A DNA stretch of 63,808 bases, the filler included, from Octopus bimaculoides (lineage: Eukaryota), in NCBI RefSeq assembly GCF_001194135.2. It is 7 parts of 7 records of this genome, joined end to end, with 100 filler letters (N's around TTAATTAATTAA, not from the genome) between each part and the next. Parts side by side here need not be neighbours in the genome. Positions count along the whole stretch, not along the records: positions 1 to 28,072 come from NC_068987.1; positions 28,173 to 31,904 come from NC_068986.1; positions 32,005 to 37,374 come from NC_069000.1; positions 37,475 to 52,849 come from NC_068988.1; 3 more parts are not named here. One strand, written 5' to 3'. The notes under the pieces were generated by a model. That model was not told where the DNA came from and searched no databases. It worked only from the letters and a program-made list of their open reading frames with translations. A program made the translations under genes and the position numbers. Position 1 is the stretch's first letter. Each line of letters begins with the position of its first letter. Positions 25,045 to 38,232 of the stretch are shown here, in pieces.

Positions 25045-25255
25045 CTTTCTAGTGGTAGCACAAGGCCACAAATTTAGGGGAAGAGATTAAGTCGATTACA
25101 TCAACCCCAGTGCGTAACTGGTACTTATTTAATCGAGCTCTAACAGATGACAGGCAAAGCCGACCTCGGTGGAATTTGAACTCGGTGCGTGGCGACGGGC
25201 AAAATATCGCTAAGCATTTTTCCCGGCGTGCTAACATATCTGCCAGCTCGCCGTT
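25045..25255 (-). mobile_element. SINE family B monomer
   Basis: cacaaggcc...gtcgattacatcaaccccagtgcgtaactggtac...ggaatttgaactc...ctgccagctcgccg. Confidence 0.85.
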
Positions 25256-25540
25256 TGTTTTGATAACTGAATTATAAAATGAAAACATGAACAGTTTGAC
25301 CAAAGTGAGCATTAGAATAAGTACCAGGACTTCAAAAAGTAAATACAAGGATGGATTGGTTCTTCTAAACTATTCAAACCGGTGCCTCTGGAGAGTAGCA
25401 TCCCAATAACTAAAAAAAAAAATGTAAAGGGAAGGAAGATATGTTAAGATGTTGAAACGAAGCCGATTCTCGAAGACTCAAATACAGGAGATTTGGAACG
25501 TTTTGCAAATATCTTTGTACCACCAGTAGAAGGCATGTAT

Positions 25541-25760
25541 AAGGCGGCGAGGTGGCAGAAACGTTCGCACACGGGACGAAATGCTTAGCGATATTTCGTC
25601 TGTCTTCGTGTTCTGAGTTCAAATTCCGCTGAGGTCGACTTCGCCTTCCGTACTTTCCGAGTCGATAAATTAAGTATCAGTTGCGTACTGGCGTCGATTT
25701 AATCGACTGGGCTCCTTCCCCAAAATTTCGGGCCTTGTGCCTAGATTGGAAAAGTAGAGT
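25541..25760 (+). mobile_element. SINE family B monomer
   Basis: aaggcggcgaggtggcagaaacgtt...gagttcaaattccgc...gtcgataaattaagtatcag...gggccttgtgcctagattggaaaag. Confidence 0.9.
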
Positions 25761-25899
25761 TCATATATGTATGTATACACGTGTGTATGTTTTATCTACT
25801 CAGGTAGATATTGAAATGCATGTTTCTACACACTGTTGGATTTGTTTGTATGATTATGAATTAGAAGACAAATACTTAGTGCTAAGAAAAAAGAATATA

Positions 25900-26117
25900 A
25901 TCTTTTCTACACTAGGCGCAAGGCCCGAAAATTTGGGGAGAGGAGCCAGTCGATCAGATCGACCCAAGTACGAAACTGGTACTTAATTTATCGACCCCGT
26001 AATGATGAAAGGCAAAGTCGTCCTCGGCGGAATTTAAACTCAGAAAGTAAAAACAGATGTAATATCGCTAAGCATTTCGTCCGGCGTGTAAAGGTCTCTG
26101 CCAGCTCGTCGTCTTGA
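25900..26117 (-). mobile_element. SINE family B monomer
   Basis: Full reverse complement of the 25541 monomer pattern. Confidence 0.9.
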
Positions 26118-26127
26118 CATGAATATA

Positions 26128-26566
26128 TATTCTTTTCTACTAAAGGCAAAATGCCCGAAAATTTTGCGGGGACAGCGCCAGTCGATTAGATCGACTTTAG
26201 TACGCAACTGGTAATTAATTTATCGACCCTGAAAGCATGAAAAGCAAAGTCGACCTCAGCGGAATTTGAACTCAGAACGTAAAGACAGACGAAATGCCGC
26301 TAAGCATTTTGCCCGGCGTGCTAACATTCCTTATTTCTTTATTGCCCACAAGGGTCTAAACATAGAGGGGACAAACAAGGACACATGAAGGGATTGAGTC
26401 GATTACATCGACCCCAGTATGGAACTGGTACTTAATTTAGCGACTCCGAAAGGATGAAAGGCAAAGTCGACCTCGCTAGAATTTGAACTCAGGACGTAAA
26501 GACAGACGAAATACCGCTACGCATTTCACCTGGCCTGCTAACGTTTCTGCCAGATCGCCGCCTTAA
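26128..26566 (-). mobile_element. SINE family B dimer, same architecture as 13121-13558
   Basis: Same junction (cggcgtgctaac.tt.cttatttctttattgcccacaaggg) at ~26325; length about 439 vs about 438. Confidence 0.9.
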
Positions 26567-28072
26567 CAAGAGTAAAGATAATGAAGCCAATATGCTAGAC
26601 ATCATTCCAATTTACAATTGCATTCATTTTCCATATTTATTCTCTTTATTTTGTCTTTAAATGTAATTTAATCGTCGAAGAATGGTTTCATAAATATTTA
26701 CTGCAACCAGATCAATGTTCCTCTCTTGTAAAATTGGACAGCATTAGTATTTGCACGCTCACATCCGGTTACACACGCGCACAAACACACATAAGAACAT
26801 GCATGTGCGCATACAGTTTTCTTACGTATTTGAACGCACACACACACATACACACACACACATACACACACACACATGCACAAACACAGCCACACGCTCG
26901 CGCGTTTGGTTCAGTCACAAGCACAAACGTAAACAAAACACACATACTAATGTATGTATATGTGTGTATATATATATTTGTGTGTGTGTGTGTGTCTATA
27001 CACATATATGCATACACTCATATGTATATAAATATATATGTATATGAATATTGATTATATATATATATATGTATAATATGTATATGTACACACATGCATG
27101 CACACACGTATACACACACACGCATGCACACACGTATACACACACACGCACACACATACAAACACACATACACACATATATGCATGTATTAGTTTTGTTT
27201 TACATTAGTTTCTGATTCCGAGCAGTGCTTTCATTTTCCTATTAATACAGATGTCTGTCCATTCTCTTTATTTCTTTTGGCCATCTGCTATAAAATGTAC
27301 AGCATCCCATCCGAATACGTTGCGAAAGACATTTGAGCATCCGGTCAAACGCTGCATAGCGAGCTTCTTTTTAAAACCCCGCTGATTCGGTTCTAGGCTT
27401 TCTCCCGCAATGCCGAAAGTGAGCAAAGAAGAAAATGCTAAAGACACAACGCTAATGCATTTGGCGCTCATATCGAATGTGCACTAAAGAGAGCTTTGGA
27501 AGCAAATCTAGTAATAACTACTATGAAATCTAATCACAATCAAACACAGCAATGGATTTCCACTGTCAAAATATATCAGTTAAAACGCTGTGAAGAACGT
27601 ATTTTTACTTCACTGGTATTATTCGCTGTTTTAGAGTATTTAGCATTGCAAACATTATTTTTAGATAAAAATGTATTGAAATGAAGAGAAATATGCGTAA
27701 TATTGTTTCATTTTTTTATTTTAACAAACAATATTCTAACAATACAATCCTGCAGAGTAAATAAGTTGCCGTTTTCTCTCGGAATTATTGTTATGCATGA
27801 GATAATTTACATAATCGAAGTTACGAAATGCCTTTTTAATAATTTATAATCAGCATTTTCATCTGATGGCTTCTATCCATTTGCTGATGTTGAATACTAA
27901 AGGTTTTCATTTGTTTCTAAGCTTCAAAATATTCATAAGATGTCCTCACTGTATTTTCTTTTGTCATATTCTCGGAGAGAAATTTGTATTCATCACTGCT
28001 ATTTTGAAAACAAATTTCTGAAATGTTCTACAGCGCGATATATGATTGATTTTATTTCCATATATATATAAA

Positions 28073-28172
28073 NNNNNNNNNNNNNNNNNNNNNNNNNNNN
28101 NNNNNNNNNNNNNNNNTTAATTAATTAANNNNNNNNNNNNNNNNNNNNNNNNNNNNNNNNNNNNNNNNNNNN
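28073..28172. other. Artificial scaffold linker N44-TTAATTAATTAA-N44
   Basis: Exactly 100 bp; the 12-mer gives stops in all six frames; identical at six places. Confidence 0.95.
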
Positions 28173-28430
28173 TCATCACGGATGTATACAGCAACTCCAC
28201 CATGGCTCCTTTCCCTTCTGTCTGTTCGCAGTATGACATATTTTGGTACGTGTACTTCTGCATCCTCTATATCAGGGCTGAGGTGAGTTTCCACGAGTGC
28301 TATGCATAGGGCTTGATTGCATGCAGCAAGGTCTCACAGGAAAGAAATTTTGCTTTTATTATTATTATGCAACAGGCCCCCAATATTTAGTAAAAATATT
28401 GGCGTGATGCCTGTGCAGGCGTTAGGGGAG
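28173..28430 (-). mobile_element. CR1-type LINE AP-endonuclease N-terminus, cut by the linker
   Basis: Minus: [61 protein letters not shown]. Confidence 0.85.
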
Positions 28431-28642
28431 GCCATCCCATGTCTGTTGGCTGTGGTGGTGTTGCGCAGTGGGGGGCAAGGTTCCTCGTCTGTGCATGGCG
28501 TAGCCACGTCAGCTGCTATGTATATGTATGTATGTGTATATATATATGTATGTATGTGTCTATATATATATATATATATATGTATATCTATATATGTATG
28601 TGTATATTTATTTTTTTATTTATATGTATATATATACATATC

Positions 28643-28697
<55 letters not shown>

Positions 28698-28824
28698 GTT
28701 TGTGTGTGTGTATATATATATGTATGATACAGTGTATATATATATATGTGTGTGTGTATATATATGTATGTATGTGTATATATATATGTATCTGTATGTA
28801 TATATATGTACGTGTATATATATG

Positions 28825-28864
<40 letters not shown>

Positions 28865-29199
28865 TATGTATATATGTATACATTTGTATATGTATATATA
28901 TGTGTATGTATATATATATATGCATTTTTCTCTATATATATGTGTGTATATATATATATACATATATATGTGTGTGTGTATACATATAAATTGATAATAT
29001 GTGTATATATATATGTGTGTGTGTGTGTGTGTATGTGTTTATATGCTTATATAAAAGGAGATAAATGTAGTTTTCATCAGTTATTTTCTTCATGTTTGGT
29101 GTTGCCGCCTTTCAGCAACTTTGAAAGGACAATTCCCTGGCATAAAACGGTTATTGAAAGTGAGGCTAATAAAAATTCTAATATGAAAATGAATCAATA

Positions 29200-30480
29200 G
29201 ATAAATAAATAATTGCATGTCGCATTAGCGTTGGTTGGATGGTTAAAGTGGCTGCAATAGAGAAGAGAGTGTATAGATAGGCAGGGTTTTTTATATGGGG
29301 AACAATAGGGTCGGGCAGGGAGATAAAGAATGTAAGGATGGGGGGGGCTAGAAAGAGAGAAATAATAAAGATAGGGAGAAAGAATGGCTAGGATGCTAGG
29401 TGGGTAGGATGAAGGGGAAATGAAGATCTGACAGAGGGAGAGGGTAAAAGAAAAAAGTGTGAATTTAATGGAGGTATGATGGAATAAATAAAGAGGAAAA
29501 TATGAAATGAAAGAAGGGAGAGGATGACATGAATGGAGGAAGAATAAAATAGAGAAAGTTAAAGAAATAAGAGTAGGAAGGGATAAAATGAAAATGACTG
29601 AGAAGAAGAGAAGAAAAAACAGTGTAAACTGCAATAGATTTGGTTCTATTGAAATATGGTATGGACGGATGAACATATAATTCCGATGAGAAAGGGTAGG
29701 GGTTTGTGCAGCCACTTAAAATAGAGGAGGAAGAAATGTAGTTGATTTGTTGTAGAAAGGGAGACTTTAAACAAAAAGAGGTAGTGAAGTATTACATAAA
29801 GTGTAAGATGGAGTGGAAGAGGGTTGAAAAATGTATGAGATTGTGGTGGTACAGGAGTGGGGGAAAAAATGGGGGATAATTATAGTAAAATGGTTTGTTA
29901 AAAAAATACAAGCAAGAGATAGAAAAAAAAAACAAAGAAGATTTTGTTAAAAATAAACAAATATTCTGAGACTGAAAGAAAAAGGCATGAAACGAGCAAA
30001 TGAATACATGAATTAAAAATAAATAAAATCAATAAATAAATAGAAAGATCAACATTAATGAGGGAATTAATGATAGTGGGTTGTGAGGAGCCAGTTGATT
30101 GTATCAACCCCTGTATCCAGTGCTTCATGGCATCAACTACCGTATGGAAATTAAAAATAAAAATAAAGATAAAAAGTGAAAAAGATTAATAAAGTCAGGG
30201 AGGAAATGAGGCTAAGATGTAAGGGATAAGTGTGTATTAAAGCTGAGTAAATTTAAAAGGATAATGGGAGAAAAATGTAAAGTTGAGGCATGTGAAATGG
30301 GGAATGGAATGAAGCTACAGGGCAGTGAGGTGTTGGAAAGGAAGTACATATTAAAAAGAGAGCACGAAAATGAGTTATTTAGTTTGTATTGAGGGCTAAG
30401 GTAAATAAAAATTGATACAACAGTATTTTGAAATCTCATAGAGTTATGTGCAAATGATTTACATATATACACAAGCACAT
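29200..30480 (-). mobile_element. Probable very old LINE remnant
   Basis: About 1.3 kb of strong purine bias on plus and long degenerate minus-strand frames; no intact catalytic motif recognised. Confidence 0.35.
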
Positions 30481-30714
30481 ACACACATATATGTATATGT
30501 GTGGGTGTGTGTGTTTAAAAATACTCACTGTTCCCTAAGGTGACAGATGACGAGTTATACTTCTTCAAGAAACACATCGTGCCACAGAAAGTAAGTAGCC
30601 GACACCCTCTTCTTTTTTTTTAATCTGCTCTTTTATCTCGCTTCTTCTCTTTACTAACGAACAGCGTAACAAGTTTAATTAATTAGTGTAAGTTACTATA
30701 CACTCATGCGAAGG

Positions 30715-30975
30715 TATGCGTCTTAAGTTGCTCAGGTGTTGCAGCCATGCTCTTGTGATCATGGTTTCAATCCCTGGACCTAGTGGTGTGCTGGATTCTT
30801 GAGCAAGACCCTTCATTTCACTTTTCTCCAGCTCATTCAGCCATAAACGAGCAGCCCTGTGACGAACTGGTCCTCCATTCAGAGCAACGTTGTGATCTCG
30901 GTCTCTCATATGCCATGGGGACCGGGTAACTGATCCTATGAATCCTAGGGCTTGAGGACTTATATTGTCCGAGGA
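30715..30975 (+). mobile_element. SINE family C (tRNA-like head, V/CORE-like centre)
   Basis: ggtttcaatccctggac...cttgagcaagacccttcatttcac..ctccagctcattcagc...ccctgtgacgaactggtcctccattcag. Confidence 0.7.
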
Positions 30976-31011
30976 TTTATTGATGATGATGATGATGATG
31001 ATGATGTTTGG

Positions 31012-31262
31012 GTGTGTGACGGTACATGGCCTATTGGTTAGGGTGTTCCTCTTATGGGCTTGCGATCGTGCATTCAATTCCTGGACCAGATGATGCGAAA
31101 CACTTCATTTCACATTGTCCCAATCTGCTTAGTGGTAGGTGAGCAACCCTGCTAGAGACTTGTGTCCTATCCAGGGAGAACATTGCAATCTCGGTTATTT
31201 CCATGCTGGAAGCCAGGTAACCAGCTCTATTAGTCTTAAGGGCTCAAGGCAATACTTACTAT
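31012..31262 (+). mobile_element. SINE family C
   Basis: atggcctattggttagggtgttc...ttcaattcctggac...aaacacttcatttcacattg...ccctgctagagacttgtgtcctatccaggg. Confidence 0.7.
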
Positions 31263-31574
31263 ACACTTACAACATTAAAGTAACGATTTGGCAGGGCCAA
31301 CAGAACAGTAGTGGTTTACAATTAGGCTTCCTCTGGGACCCAAAGGTTCTGAGAGAGGTCACTAAGGGTCTTGCCAGATATAGTGACAATTGTATGTTAA
31401 TTATATGATAATTACATGCTAATATCTTTTTGAGTCATTTTCATGTTTAATTATATGTTCATAATTTGATTATATACAGATACAGGGCATGTTCCCTAAA
31501 GTAGAGAACCCTTGCATCTGTAGATAGTGAAGGGAGACCTAGTGGAGTAAAAAGGACGACTTAGCCTTTTTTGT

Positions 31575-31812
31575 TGTCCAGTGCCCCTGGACTGGCTCTT
31601 GTGCGGGTGGCACATAAAAGACACCATTTTGAGCGTGGCTGTTGCCAGTACCGCCTGACTGGCCTTCGTGCGGGTGACACGTAAAAGCACCCACTACACT
31701 CTCTGAGTGGTTGGCGTTACGAAGGGCATCCAGCTGTAGAAACTCTGCCAAATTAGATTGGAGCCTGGTGTTGCCATCTGGTTTCACCAGTCCTCAGTCA
31801 AATCGTCCAAAT
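31575..31812 (+). mobile_element. RTE-related non-autonomous repeat segment
   Basis: gtgcgggtg.cac.taaaag (twice), then cacccactacactctctgagtggttggcgttacgaagggcatccagctgtagaaactctgcc; resembles recalled RTE 5'UTR-type sequence. Confidence 0.55.
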
Positions 31813-31904
31813 ACTAGGAACATAGCACAGATAATAGCAGCACATAACATTAAAATACTTGAGTCTAGGGAAACAGGTAGGAATGAGAATTTGAATAATA
31901 ATAT

Positions 31905-32004
31905 NNNNNNNNNNNNNNNNNNNNNNNNNNNNNNNNNNNNNNNNNNNNTTAATTAATTAANNNNNNNNNNNNNNNNNNNNNNNNNNNNNNNNNNNNNNNN
32001 NNNN
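31905..32004. other. Artificial scaffold linker
   Basis: N44-TTAATTAATTAA-N44. Confidence 0.95.
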
Positions 32005-32073
<69 letters not shown>

Positions 32074-32180
32074 TAATAATAATAATAATAATAATAATGA
32101 TAATAAAAATAATAATGATGATGATGATGATGATACAGATAAATAGATAGATATTACATATTTCTATATATGCGCACTTG

Positions 32181-32223
<43 letters not shown>

Positions 32224-32617
32224 TGTGCGCGCGAGTGAGTGAGTTTGTGTTCGTGGTGCTTCAGCCATTTCCTAATATGGTTATTGTTTCTACTTTTAAT
32301 TCCTTATCCAATGTATCACTATTTTTAATCTTATATATTTAGGGGCTTTCGCAATACGTTTCCTAACGACGTCATTAAAATTAATATGATGATTAGATAT
32401 AATATGCATTCTGACAATAACATCGGGATGTTTTCATCATTATCGTCATCATCATCATTATCGTCATCATCATCATTCTCGGCATCGTCATCATTGGTAT
32501 CGTCACCGTCGTCGTCATCGTCTTCATCATCATCATCGTCATCGTCATCATTATTATCATCATTGCACAATGAAGCTCAGCAGCGTATATTGGTTAAGTG
32601 CAAGATACTTTGATTAC

Positions 32618-32672
<55 letters not shown>

Positions 32673-32730
32673 GTTATTATTGTTATTATTATTATTATTA
32701 TTATTATTGTTATTATTATTATCATCATCA

Positions 32731-32781
<51 letters not shown>

Positions 32782-32809
32782 NNNNNNNNNNTATTATTAT
32801 TATTATTAT

Positions 32810-32850
<41 letters not shown>

Positions 32851-33185
32851 ATAGTAGTAGGACTGTCCCCACAGCCGCCAGCAACAACGACTTCCTCACC
32901 CCATTATAATCTTATCGTCATCATTATTACTATCACCCCTCTCAGTTGCATTATTCCCGTGTCAAATGGATCTTAAACTACACGTTTATTATAATTTTTA
33001 TTGTTGTTGTTGTTGTTGTTATCATTATTATAATCATTATTATTATTAATTCAATCAAGGTCCACTTTGCTATTCTTTCTTTGGGGGCCGATGAAATAAG
33101 TACCACTTGAGAACTTGAGTTAATATAATCGCCATCCACCTCCCGCGAATTTGTTGACCTTGTGTCAAAATTTGAACCATCATCC

Positions 33186-33237
<52 letters not shown>

Positions 33238-33238
33238 T

Positions 33239-33318
<80 letters not shown>

Positions 33319-33326
33319 CATTATTA

Positions 33327-33420
<94 letters not shown>

Positions 33421-33499
33421 TAATTATAATTATTATAAATGATATGACATATGTTAACATTATTATTATTATTATTATTGTTATTATTATTATTATTAT

Positions 33500-33567
<68 letters not shown>

Positions 33568-33590
33568 TGATTATTATTATTACTATTGGC
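32005..33590. repeat. Compound trinucleotide microsatellite field (AAT, ATC, ATT, AGT, GTT)
   Basis: Directly visible; source of the homopolymeric ORFs in the track. Includes a family B SINE piece at ~33050-33180 (+). Confidence 0.95.
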
Positions 33591-33835
33591 ATTTCACTTC
33601 CGAGAGCTTTCGACTTTACCTGCTCCGGTTAAATCTGTAAGAGTGAACAGCAACCTGTTGTCAAAGGTCTCACAGGGTCGTTTTCCGCGATACTTAACAC
33701 ACAAGTACCAATCTCAAACTTCTTGTCTCCAATAGAGCAATTTTATGAGCATGTCCTACCTTCATGTCAAATCAAATTTTCCGCACGTTTCTCAAACTTG
33801 GTTGTTAGAGCTTCCAGTGTCCCTTCAACTAATGG
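33590..33835 (-). mobile_element. 3' end of an RLE-type LINE, decayed
   Basis: Minus: PLVEGTLEALTTKFEK...IGT.CVLS...RDPVRPLTTGCCSL, resembling PxVxGALG...LLGTARILR; flanked by ATT/ATC arrays. Confidence 0.5.
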
Positions 33836-33839
33836 GATT

Positions 33840-33874
<35 letters not shown>

Positions 33875-35163
33875 TATTATTATTATTACTACTAATACTA
33901 CTACTATTATTATTATTATTTGCGATTCCTTAAGGTAGGTAGCTCTGCATTAGAAGAAAATATTTCTTCGAAGTGGAATGTATAGATTCAGATATAGATT
34001 CTGTTCTGTAAATAATAGGAAACAGGAAAAAGAAATTGAATTCAAATTTCATTCATTCCTTCATTCATCCTTTGTCAGTATAAAAATGTTGGCGTATTTT
34101 GAGAACACAATTTGATTACCTTATACACCGGCTACAAAGACCGGTTCTCTACGTCTATCAGAACACTGAATGAATATCAAATGGCCGGGAGCATTCGATA
34201 GAAATTATTTTCATTTACAAATAGAAAATAGAAATGAAAAAATGTAAAAAAGATTTTTTAAAAAAACATTTTTTTTTTGTTTTGTTTTCAATTTCACACA
34301 ACGCAATTTATGGTTTGATGAAGTGGAACATTTTAGCCATATTCAGGCAGAAAACTTTAAAAAAAAAAAAACAGATTAGCCAAATGTTTTTTCAGCTATG
34401 TTTGCAACAATATTTCAGAATTATAAATTTAAACATCACATATATATTTTTTTTCATTCTCTTTCCGTGTAAACTTTTTCATTTTCCACGCAATATATAT
34501 ATATATATATANNNNNNNNNNNNNNNNNNNNNNNNNNNNNNNNNNNNNNNNNNNNNNNNNNNNNNNNNNNNNNNNNNNNNNNNNNNNNNNNNNNNNNNNN
34601 NNNNNNNNNNNNNNNNNNNNNNNNNNNNNNNNNNNNNNNNNNNNNNNNNNNNNNNNNNNNNNNNNNNNNNNNNNNNNNNNNNNNNNNNNNNNNNNNNNNN
34701 NNNNNNNNNNNNNNNNNNNNNNNNNNNNNNNNNNNNNNNNNNNNNNNNNNNNNNNNNNNNNNNNNNNNNNNNNNNNNNNNNNNNNNNNNNNNNNNNNNNN
34801 NNNNNNNNNNNNNNNNNNNNNNNNNNNNNNNNNNNNNNNNNNNNNNNNNNNNNNNNNNNNNNNNNNNNNNNNNNNNNNNNNNNNNNNNNNNNNNNNNNNN
34901 NNNNNNNNNNNNNNNNNNNNNNNNNNNNNNNNNNNNNNNNNNNNNNNNNNNNNNNNNNNNNNNNNNNNNNNNNNNNNNNNNNNNNNNNNNNNNNNNNNNN
35001 NNNNNNNNNNNNNNNNNNNNNNNNNNNNNNNNNNNNNNNNNNNNNNNNNNNNNNNNNNNNNNNNNNNNNNNNNNNNNNNNNNNNNNNNNNNNNNATATAT
35101 ATATATATGTATATATATACATATATATATCTATATATACTTATATATATATATACGTATATC

Positions 35164-35198
<35 letters not shown>

Positions 35199-35755
35199 TC
35201 TTCATTAAAAGCCCAGTTATCTATATTTGATAAATGTTACATAAATATTTTTAATTTATTTTTTTAAATTTTATTAAACTTCATTATATATATTTGTAGT
35301 AGTAGTTTCATCTTTCTTGGGTTTCTTTATTTCCTCTTTCTTCTCCATTTAATTTTGTTTTCGCTTTAAATCTGCATACGGTTCATTATAATGTAAGCTG
35401 ATTTGATCTTAAGTACCTTGACTTTGCTAACGTGATTGTCTCAATGCACTCACGCTATAAAAGAGAAATAAGAAAGAATTTAAACTAAAACCCAGAAAAA
35501 ATACAACTTCAATCCTTTTCAAAATTGTTTTAAATAGTACATGTTTAAAAATATATATATATGTATTGGGGTGTGAGCAATTAGGAGGCTGCGAAGGACT
35601 TGCTCAAGGTCCTCACCACCCAGGACAGCGCAGAGTAGAAAAAAAAATAAAATAATTTAAAAAATAAAAACACTCGTTCAAACACTGGTTTCAATTTCAT
35701 GGTTGACAGGGATTGAATCGAGTGAGTCGCTGTCATGGCGGTTTCGCACCCCCCG

Positions 35756-36338
35756 TCAATCATCTTCATCGCCGGGATGAACTTTGTTGTTTTTCAACTG
35801 AGACAGCCATGCCGGTACTGAAGGAAGTTTGTGTTTGTTTTTTCGATGTCTGGCAAAAGGACGTGTGGATTTTGGTCCGGAGGTTTTGTTACTAGAGGTC
35901 GCTCGAAACATTTCAGTCCTAGAATCTCCATCTGCTGTGACGTCAGAACAAGGAAAGTTAGAATAACTATCTTCATCATCTCCGTCACTTCCAGGAGGTA
36001 AGCGACCAAACTGACCACTGATTTCTCTGATAGCATAAGGTTGTGGCTTGCATTTTTTCAAGCTCTGACTATAACGTTCTTTAATATGAGGCATCTGTGT
36101 TTTATCACTTAATCCGTCTATGATATTCTGGTGATTATCGGCCCAAATGACACCATCTGTTGGTTCACGACCAGTAGACCCTTGTGTCTGGAACGGTGTG
36201 TCGGAGAGATAACATGTTAGTTGCTCCGTGAGTTGGTTTATTTTGTCCATCAAACTGATGCGATCATTGTTAATCTTCTCGTAATCATTCCGAAGCATTT
36301 CGTACTTTTCCTCTAATCTCTTATCCGGAGGAGGTAAC
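35756..36338 (-). CDS. Probable last coding exon of an unidentified host gene (leucine zipper, then low-complexity tail ending KVHPGDEDD)
   Basis: Strong acceptor ttttctttttgtttatccacAG at 36340-36339; 583-nt open frame to TGA with non-repeat composition; heptad L-L-I-L-L; AATAAA about 430 nt downstream. Confidence 0.75.
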
Positions 36339-37311
36339 CTGTGGATAAACAAAAAGAAAATTTATTAGTGTGCTACAGTAGATTACTGGTACGTATTTCA
36401 TCACTGCTTCCGAGTGAGTAAATACAAAATCGACTCCTGATGTGGATTGCAATTAAAATAAATAAAAGTGAAAATGAGCAACTCTAGCTATAAATTGAAG
36501 GAACAGTTATTCAATAATGGAAGGACGTATAAGTATACGTATTGAATATATTATGTATTAAGTTTAGATACACTTAATGGAAGTTATGTATTATGTGTTA
36601 GAGACAACGCAACGCAACACAACACAGCTTCAAATAATAAAGGCTTTCACTAATATAACAATACAGATATTTATGCTTTTGGTCGTGTGTGTATGTATGT
36701 GTGTGCGTGTGTGTGAGTGTGTATTTGTCCGTGTATGCATGTGTCTGTGTGTCTGTTTCTGTATGTCTTTCAATACAGAGACAAGACTACACATACTTTA
36801 AGAAAAGAATTTGACCATAATGACAGGTTATTATTGTTGTTGTTGTTGCAGTTGTCGAGAGAGAAATACAATGAAAGAGAGAAAGAGACAGAAAGATAGA
36901 GATAGTGTGTGTGTGTATGCGCGTGTGTGCGTGTTCGTGTGTGAAAGATAGATATATAGGTATTGTTACCGGCAGCGTAGTGACAATTGAAGACCTAGCA
37001 CATGTAATTTATATATAAATTAAGTGAGACTATATATGTAATCATTCATCCTCTAACAAATAGAATCTACATTTCGTCAAACATTTTTTTTTCTTTGAAA
37101 AGAATAGGCACAGGAAATAGTGAAATTCTAGATATAATTAAAAACAGACAAGGTGGTGACAGATGAAATTGCTTCGATCATAAGCCAGTTCGATTTAAGT
37201 GAGCGAAGTAACAACAGCTAAATAAACTATAGAGATAAACTACATAAAATATATGCACTTAATTATATATACTATGTACACTACATAAACACACACAAAC
37301 ACACACACACA

Positions 37312-37374
<63 letters not shown>

Positions 37375-37474
37375 NNNNNNNNNNNNNNNNNNNNNNNNNN
37401 NNNNNNNNNNNNNNNNNNTTAATTAATTAANNNNNNNNNNNNNNNNNNNNNNNNNNNNNNNNNNNNNNNNNNNN
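37375..37474. other. Artificial scaffold linker
   Basis: N44-TTAATTAATTAA-N44. Confidence 0.95.
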
Positions 37475-37619
37475 TGCTAGAAAACATAAGGTTATTATTA
37501 GATCAGACAATTTGGTGCAAGTGCTAGAAAACATAAGGTCATTATTAGATCAGACAATTTGGTGCAAGTGCTAGAAAACATAAGGTTATTATTAGATCAG
37601 ACAATTTGGTGCAAGTGCT
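37475..37619. repeat. 47-bp minisatellite, three near-identical units, truncated by the linker
   Basis: tgctagaaaacataaggttattattagatcagacaatttggtgcaag starts at 37475, 37522 and 37569; one T/C difference. Confidence 0.95.
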
Positions 37620-38189
37620 TGCAGTAGAACTAAGTTGGTTAAAGACATTTTGGAATTATGTCATAATATAAAACTGGATGAAGAATGAAGAAATCTACCA
37701 TCCACTTATTCTGATGGCCAGAAATGTAGGTGTACGCAGCGTTAAGCACATTAATAATAGTGTAATCTTTAATGTAATTCAACATGATTAATATTTGGTA
37801 TTGGATTACGAATATAATTTTACCTATTAAAGTACGTATTTATGACTTAGTCATTCGATTGTTGTTAGCTAATTGGACATTCAGAAATTAAAAAAAAAAC
37901 AGCGGCTTGAGGAAACACCACCCTGGAAACAAATCTACAAACTATTTGCATGGTGGACCTCCACGCACGCAACCACACATCGAATTATAATATTTCTCTT
38001 CCTCTAAACTCACTTCGTGCTCACACATCAACGACTATCTTTGTCATTCTTCTATCATCCATATATCTGTTTATTTATCTTATATATATATATTATATAT
38101 ATATATATGGGAGAATTTACGAAAAAAACAACAGACGAAGACAGGTGGTGTAAACAACAAATGGATGTATTAGTTTAACGTTCGGGAAT

Positions 38190-38232
38190 AGAGAAAGTCT
38201 TTGACGTTTCGAGCTTACGCTCTTCAACTGAA
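38190..38232 (-). repeat. Hammerhead-like repeat end with damaged core
   Basis: Minus: cagttgaa-GAGC-gtaa-GCTC-GAAA-cgtc-aaa-gac-tt, then ccgaacgttaaactaatacat shared with 9735 and 16420. Confidence 0.45.

Noticed and set aside
32331-33938. Poly-D, poly-Y, poly-I, poly-H and poly-S ORFs
   Set aside because: Trinucleotide microsatellites open in several frames; no splice or homology support.
37475-37619. Regular repeats as a possible CRISPR array (also 52690-52849)
   Set aside because: Units are contiguous with no unique spacers; eukaryotic context, no cas genes.
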